Assembly: GCA_963662655.2 (NCBI GenBank) | Contig: CAXXTU010000002.1 | Span: 2,240,001 to 2,304,000 of the forward strand | Direction of reading: 5' to 3' | Length of the DNA stretch: 64,000 nucleotides | From: Candidatus Cloacimonadales bacterium | GTDB lineage: Bacteria > Cloacimonadota > Cloacimonadia > Cloacimonadales > JAIOQZ01 | Part shown: positions 59,059 to 64,000 of the stretch, in pieces | Layout: every line of letters starts with the position of its first letter | How positions within the stretch are numbered: position 1 is the stretch's first letter | Notes under the pieces: model-generated | Database searches by the model: none | What the model saw: only the letters and a program-made list of their open reading frames with translations | What the model was told of the DNA's origin: nothing | Program-made: the position numbers and the translations under genes

Positions 59059-59249
59059 GCAATATACAAGCTCCCGACAATAAAACCGAACCGGAAAAAC
59101 CTCAGCAGGAAAAATTCACCGGCGCAACGAACCCGTCTGCCCCTAAAGCGCCACAATTGAAGGGACTATGCATCAACTGCGATTTCAGGGAAACCTGCTG
59201 CCTACCGAAATCGGAAACGGGAGTCTGGTTCTGCGAAGAGTACAGGTAG
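59055..59249 (+). CDS. Small Cys-rich (putative metal-binding) protein
   Basis: ATGA-coupled to the upstream gene; GLCINCDFRETCC...VWFCEEY. Confidence 0.7.
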   Translation: MSNIQAPDNKTEPEKPQQEKFTGATNPSAPKAPQLKGLCINCDFRETCCLPKSETGVWFCEEYR

Positions 59250-59521
59250 GGCTACTCTCTCCTTAAATTAAACGTGAAACAACCCTATCTCCTACGATGT
59301 GGACATTAGACTCTGTTACAAACAATTCCGCCAAGAATGACATTTTTTCCAATCTTTTTTCCAGATAACAAATCATACACCCCACATCAACGATATGAAC
59401 AATTCTTTGAAGCTCGACACTTTGTCATTATAACAACACACACCCAAAAAAGAACACATAATTTTTCCCTTGACAATCAAAACACCAGTTAAGCATCTTA
59501 CTGCCCAACAAGGGAGAGACA

Positions 59522-60130
59522 TTGAATAAGTTAATTCGGTTCTATATCAGAAGCATGTCTACCGCTCTATTGGTTATTATTGCGATTATGTTGTTTGTGA
59601 ATCTCCATGTATTACCATTCTTCTCCAATACAATGTTTCGTGGTTTTCTAAAAAATGTCTTACCATCTATTATTATTTTATGGTCTGAGCTATTTGTTAG
59701 GAAAATACTATGGAGGATAAAAGGGATAGGTATCCCAAGACTAGACTTTAACGGTACCTGGAGTGGTAAGACATCTTACGAACAAGAAATGAGTAACAGG
59801 TATAAGGGCTTTTTAAGTGAGCACAAAATGGTAATCGAACAGGATTGCCTGAACATAAGAATACTTTCAACCGATTCCACTGCATATGTGAACTGGGGAT
59901 CAAAAATGGCCGCTGTTCAAGAAGATGATACATTATTATATTATTATTGGGTTAATTATAATATCGATGAGCGCTTTCCTAATAGGAAGGTACATGGGAT
60001 TGAAGAACTAAAGATTGCAAATAATATAAATAATTTGTCGAGACCGAGCAGATTAACAGGAACATTTAACCATTGTTTTGAAAACGACGAACCAACATAC
60101 AAAGGAACTGTTGTGTTTACCAAGGAGTAA
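59522..60130 (+). CDS. 2TM + beta-barrel protein, Cap15/S-2TMbeta-like
   Basis: Two N-terminal hydrophobic helices, then DFNGTWSG...IEQ...I.I.S...LLYYY...HG...LTGTF...GTVVF; AT-rich. Confidence 0.65.
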   Translation: MNKLIRFYIRSMSTALLVIIAIMLFVNLHVLPFFSNTMFRGFLKNVLPSIIILWSELFVRKILWRIKGIGIPRLDFNGTWSGKTSYEQEMSNRYKGFLSEHKMVIEQDCLNIRILSTDSTAYVNWGSKMAAVQEDDTLLYYYWVNYNIDERFPNRKVHGIEELKIANNINNLSRPSRLTGTFNHCFENDEPTYKGTVVFTKE

Positions 60131-60132
60131 TT

Positions 60133-60864
60133 ATGAATGTCATTATCGGATCTGTAAATTCAGAAATAGGGAGCACAATTGCTTCCTCATTAGCGCAAGA
60201 TCCCAAAAATTCAGTTATAACAACAGCCAGGAGTGATAGAAGATATTCCATTAGTAATACAATTGAAATCGATAATATTGACCTTACCATGCAGGCTCAT
60301 TGTAACAAAGTTGCTGCTATAATCGACAATCAGTTTATTAGTTATTTCTCGTATATACATGCAGCCGGAGATTTCTGGAATCATAAACGATTGATTGATA
60401 CAGAATATAACGAAATTGTAGACATGATGAATTCACATTGGTTATCATTCGTGCAAATATCAAAAGCGTTGATCCCATTGATGATGAAGAAGGGAGGGGG
60501 AAGGTTTATAACATTCAGCTGTAATTCAGTTGGCTATTGTTATCCTGATATGCTCCCCTTTACTAGCTCAAAAGCTGCTTTGGAATGTTCCGTGAAAATA
60601 ATCAGCAATGAATATATGCGACACAATATATCAGCTCTCGCGATTTCTCTCCCAACAATCCTTACAGACAGAGTGAAACAAGAAAAACCGAATGGAGATC
60701 ATGCCAATTATCTTACTATCGATGAGGTTTCATCGTTCGTAGTAAATGATGTATTGCCGGCCAATCCACATTGTACAGGCACAATCTTGAAAATTGTGAA
60801 ATACAGCCCCACTTTTTACAATGATGGCTACTATGAAAGAAATCCTATAGCCTCCAAGCAGTAA
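60133..60864 (+). CDS. Atypical short-chain dehydrogenase/reductase
   Basis: IIGSVNSEIG, HAAG, GGGRFITFS, FTSSKAAL (Phe at the catalytic Tyr position). Confidence 0.8.
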   Translation: MNVIIGSVNSEIGSTIASSLAQDPKNSVITTARSDRRYSISNTIEIDNIDLTMQAHCNKVAAIIDNQFISYFSYIHAAGDFWNHKRLIDTEYNEIVDMMNSHWLSFVQISKALIPLMMKKGGGRFITFSCNSVGYCYPDMLPFTSSKAALECSVKIISNEYMRHNISALAISLPTILTDRVKQEKPNGDHANYLTIDEVSSFVVNDVLPANPHCTGTILKIVKYSPTFYNDGYYERNPIASKQ

Positions 60865-60963
60865 AGTGCAAACAATCCAGTGGAAATGATCCTGATGGCG
60901 AAAGACAATTGTATATGCTCGAATCGGACTGATGCGGAGTTGACTTTGCTAAACCTATCTTTT

Positions 60964-63900
60964 TTAAATATCATCAAAGAAGAACAACCGATTATTGACA
61001 TCCATACTATCCTTCTTGTATGACTTGAGGAGATCATTTCTTATGATTGCCAATTCGTGACCGCTTTTCAGTAAACTGCTTCTGAAACGCCGATCCGAAT
61101 AAGCACTATCGTTCATGATTCGATAGTAATTTTTCTTTACCTTTCCAGAGGGTCTCAAATATGTGTTTGTGAATTCATCGAGTAAATCCTTTTCGATCGA
61201 GAAACTATACGTCAATCTGTTTGTTCCATCCGCAGCAATCAGGTAATAGTGATCCAGACACTTCAGCATTGGTTCTTCCGATGAACCATTGTTACCTCCA
61301 TCAACTGTCCGGATAATGATGAAGAGACTATACCTCCCGTCTTTGCTTATGTTGCTTAATGGCTTACCTCCTTTGGGAGAATGTGCACGATTAAATCTTG
61401 ATGTATATGTATGATCCTTAGTATACCTTTTATTGAGGAATTGATTGAGCTTCACCATATACAAGAACCAGTTATCGGTTGGAACCAGATCAAAAATTTC
61501 TTCAGAACCTGCATTAGCCCACGTTATTAATCCGCCGCCCTTTTTTATCTTCATACCCAATATTGCACCGAAGTGCTCAACTTCTTTCCTTTTCTCCATA
61601 CACCTGTTCACCATCCCCAATTCACCTCTGTAGCGTTTCTTCTCGGAGTTGCTGGCTGCAGATTCTTCTTTTAGTCTATCTTCAATATCTTTGTACTTAT
61701 TCTTATCCCATAACCTCATATAGAACCTCTTCTGGGCCCTTCCATTGTTTCCACATGGAATACTTGTTGAAAACTCGATCAAAGGAAGCAGATTGTATTC
61801 AGCCGCCTCAGGCAGGTCAGTCATATCCCACATCATCAGATCGCATAACGCAGTACTGAATGTCCCAGGGATATCGTTCCCATCACCCCAAATATTGATG
61901 TGGACACGTTCCGGTAAATCTGACATTGTCCGTGACGATGCAGTAACTGGCTTCGTGTGAATACTCCCTTTTGCCCTTGTTGGAATATTCTTGTGCTTGA
62001 GAAAAGCTGAAATAGTACATCCGGTTAAGACTGCGCTGTTATTGGGACATGGGTCGTGAAGTTCTGGACCCTTCGGCAAGTATTTTGATACGGGCCTCAA
62101 CGCCTCTTGGAATTTACCCAGCGATCCGTCAGAGGTATTTATATAACATGCCTCGATTGCTTCGCCAATGTTCGAGGGCTGCTGCTCAGTCAAGAATGCT
62201 GTTCCAGTGAAAATGAAAGTTTGCTGGAAATGCCTTTCTTTGTATGAATAGCAGAAACTGAAGCTTGGGCGAAGTGATGGCAATTTCTCCGAAACGATGT
62301 ATTCCTTGTGATTCAATGTAGCTAGCAACATCGCTAAGGATCCTGCTTTATCACTCAAGCAAAAAGTAATTTCAGCTTCGAGTTGATCTTTTTCTGAATC
62401 TTGATCGTTATCCATCATCCCCAAAATATCCATTTTCCTGACGATCCACTCTCTTCGGCTGTCTTCGATAGTAGTGAATAAGGCTCGAATCATGGAAGCA
62501 TTTTGATTTGAAGCCACTGAATTTCTAGTGATATTTGCTTCGAGCGGTAAGGGTGTTGGAAATCCTCTAAGCTCCAATTCTGGTTGATTATACATTAAGT
62601 ACTTCATAAGCTGTTCGTTTGCATAAACACGGTCCTGGTAATTGGCCGAAACAATCATGGATGGCAGCGGCTTACGCATGGATTCATGTCCGATATTGAA
62701 AACATTCATTGCCCGGTTGAGAAGTGATGAACACCCGTATGGATCTTTATCGAGAAAAACAATTAAATCTGGATAGCGATCCGTTTCATCGAGAAGCTTC
62801 ACTAATTCAGCATAGTTTTCGAAGTTGTAAAGGTTGTTGTGATAGACTGGGATTCTTGCCAGATCATGTTCAAGATCAGAGTTATGTCTGCGAACAGGAA
62901 AAAACTCCCAATACAAGAATTTCTCGTAAGATTCTTGCTTTGAGGCATCAAATTGCTTAAACGAATTACTGAACAATTTACTCTTGCTGAATGGTTTGTA
63001 TTCATCCAGTAGATCCTTATCGTTCGTAAAAATCGTACACGCGTGATTGAGGTATTCGATTGCTTGCCGAAACTCGATTCCGATTGTCTCCATCGATAGA
63101 ATAATGGCGCGAAGAATGGAGTATACCACCTTCCCTTCTCCAATGAAGAGGAAATTCGGCATATTCGGATACACGTCTTGACTGTACAAATTGTTCTCGA
63201 TTTTTGTGTTCTTGTACAGATACTGCATAAACCAAATGATAATTCTCTGCGATATGCTAATCCCTTCTATGCTTTCAGAGTTGATTAGGTATGTAGAGCT
63301 TTTATGAGTTAAAGCGGTAATCAGATCGTACAATGGCGAGTTGTATTGCGAAAAGATTTTCTTAGGAGGGTGGCGGAGTGAAGCGAGGGCCATTGCGATC
63401 TCATTGTTATGAATGGTACAATCGACAAGCTTCGCTTTCTGGAAGTTCGCGGTGTGACGAATCGTAGGATGGACAACATTCCCCGATATGGCGATGAATA
63501 GTCCCTGTTCAAAATCACGCCAGGGGCAGAAAAAACCAACTGAGTAGTCCGGCGATTTTTCGAATAGCATACGGAAATTCGATTCATCCTGGTCGATTAT
63601 CAGCACTTTGGTCGACACAATGTAGAAATTGAAATTCTCATCGATGATAACTCGAAATGAGCGATCACTAAATTTCGTGGGATCCTTTAATTGCAGATAG
63701 CCCGAGAGCAATTTTCTGAAAAATCGGGAAAGACTGTTGATGATTTTCATGGGATCTTTGGGCTTCAAAAAAGAGGGAAGATTTTGTAAGATGAGTAGAA
63801 GAGTCTCATGGCTGTTTCGATAATCGGGCTCATAGCCTCTTTCATGCATATGAATATCCGGGAAAATGGTTCTGAGTATATTCCGCCCCAAGCTTCTCAT

Positions 63901-63999
63901 GCCAATGATAATCAAGTGATCTTCCATTTTATTAAGCATCGAATCAAGGACAACCCTCGACGTAAATTTTCGGAGAACCTTTTGATGGTCTTGAAACAC
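60964..63999 (-). CDS. Large hypothetical protein with RCK/TrkA-N-like segment (5' end probably outside window)
   Basis: Frame open to the window edge; DHLIIIGMRSLGRNIL Rossmann-like start; possible ACT-like segments; AT-rich. Confidence 0.65.
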   Translation of the reverse strand: MFQDHQKVLRKFTSRVVLDSMLNKMEDHLIIIGMRSLGRNILRTIFPDIHMHERGYEPDYRNSHETLLLILQNLPSFLKPKDPMKIINSLSRFFRKLLSGYLQLKDPTKFSDRSFRVIIDENFNFYIVSTKVLIIDQDESNFRMLFEKSPDYSVGFFCPWRDFEQGLFIAISGNVVHPTIRHTANFQKAKLVDCTIHNNEIAMALASLRHPPKKIFSQYNSPLYDLITALTHKSSTYLINSESIEGISISQRIIIWFMQYLYKNTKIENNLYSQDVYPNMPNFLFIGEGKVVYSILRAIILSMETIGIEFRQAIEYLNHACTIFTNDKDLLDEYKPFSKSKLFSNSFKQFDASKQESYEKFLYWEFFPVRRHNSDLEHDLARIPVYHNNLYNFENYAELVKLLDETDRYPDLIVFLDKDPYGCSSLLNRAMNVFNIGHESMRKPLPSMIVSANYQDRVYANEQLMKYLMYNQPELELRGFPTPLPLEANITRNSVASNQNASMIRALFTTIEDSRREWIVRKMDILGMMDNDQDSEKDQLEAEITFCLSDKAGSLAMLLATLNHKEYIVSEKLPSLRPSFSFCYSYKERHFQQTFIFTGTAFLTEQQPSNIGEAIEACYINTSDGSLGKFQEALRPVSKYLPKGPELHDPCPNNSAVLTGCTISAFLKHKNIPTRAKGSIHTKPVTASSRTMSDLPERVHINIWGDGNDIPGTFSTALCDLMMWDMTDLPEAAEYNLLPLIEFSTSIPCGNNGRAQKRFYMRLWDKNKYKDIEDRLKEESAASNSEKKRYRGELGMVNRCMEKRKEVEHFGAILGMKIKKGGGLITWANAGSEEIFDLVPTDNWFLYMVKLNQFLNKRYTKDHTYTSRFNRAHSPKGGKPLSNISKDGRYSLFIIIRTVDGGNNGSSEEPMLKCLDHYYLIAADGTNRLTYSFSIEKDLLDEFTNTYLRPSGKVKKNYYRIMNDSAYSDRRFRSSLLKSGHELAIIRNDLLKSYKKDSMDVNNRLFFFDDI

Positions 64000-64000
64000 G

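Noticed and set aside
58690..60130. CBASS formed by the nucleotidyltransferase domain plus the Cap15-like gene
   Set aside because: The NTase is a small minimal domain fused in the host-like gdh operon, not a CD-NTase. It is separated from the effector by a composition shift and a separate promoter-like region.
1..64000. tRNA or rRNA genes
   Set aside because: None recognised in the intergenic gaps by eye.

Overview
Bacterial chromosomal window, mostly mid-to-high GC with an AT-rich right end. The FlgD-Ig/T9SS-like C-terminal domains and anaerobic gene content suggest Cloacimonadota (inference). Left to right: (1) the 5' end of an ISL3 transposase with its terminal inverted repeat, which the ORF track misses; (2) secreted proteins; (3) a methylmalonyl-CoA/pyruvate carboxyltransferase cluster; (4) recG, a PpiD/SurA-like gene and guaA; (5) an adh-rex-hydCBA-ferredoxin-HydS-phosphatase hydrogen cluster with non-canonical 18-bp Rex-like operators; (6) a TPR sigma54 activator and a cyclase-AAA-TPR gene; (7) CIRCE-clpB; (8) a sigma54 two-component system upstream of gdh, two PPDK-like ATP-grasp proteins (one fused to a nucleotidyltransferase) and a small Cys-rich protein; (9) an AT-rich island with a Cap15-like effector, an atypical SDR and a large RCK-like protein. 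The most striking unexplained structure is a family of eight dispersed 124-183 bp intergenic hairpin elements. Their sequence varies freely, but base-pairing, spacing, bulges and two conserved duplex boxes are retained. All calls come from reading the sequence and motifs; no database searches were run.
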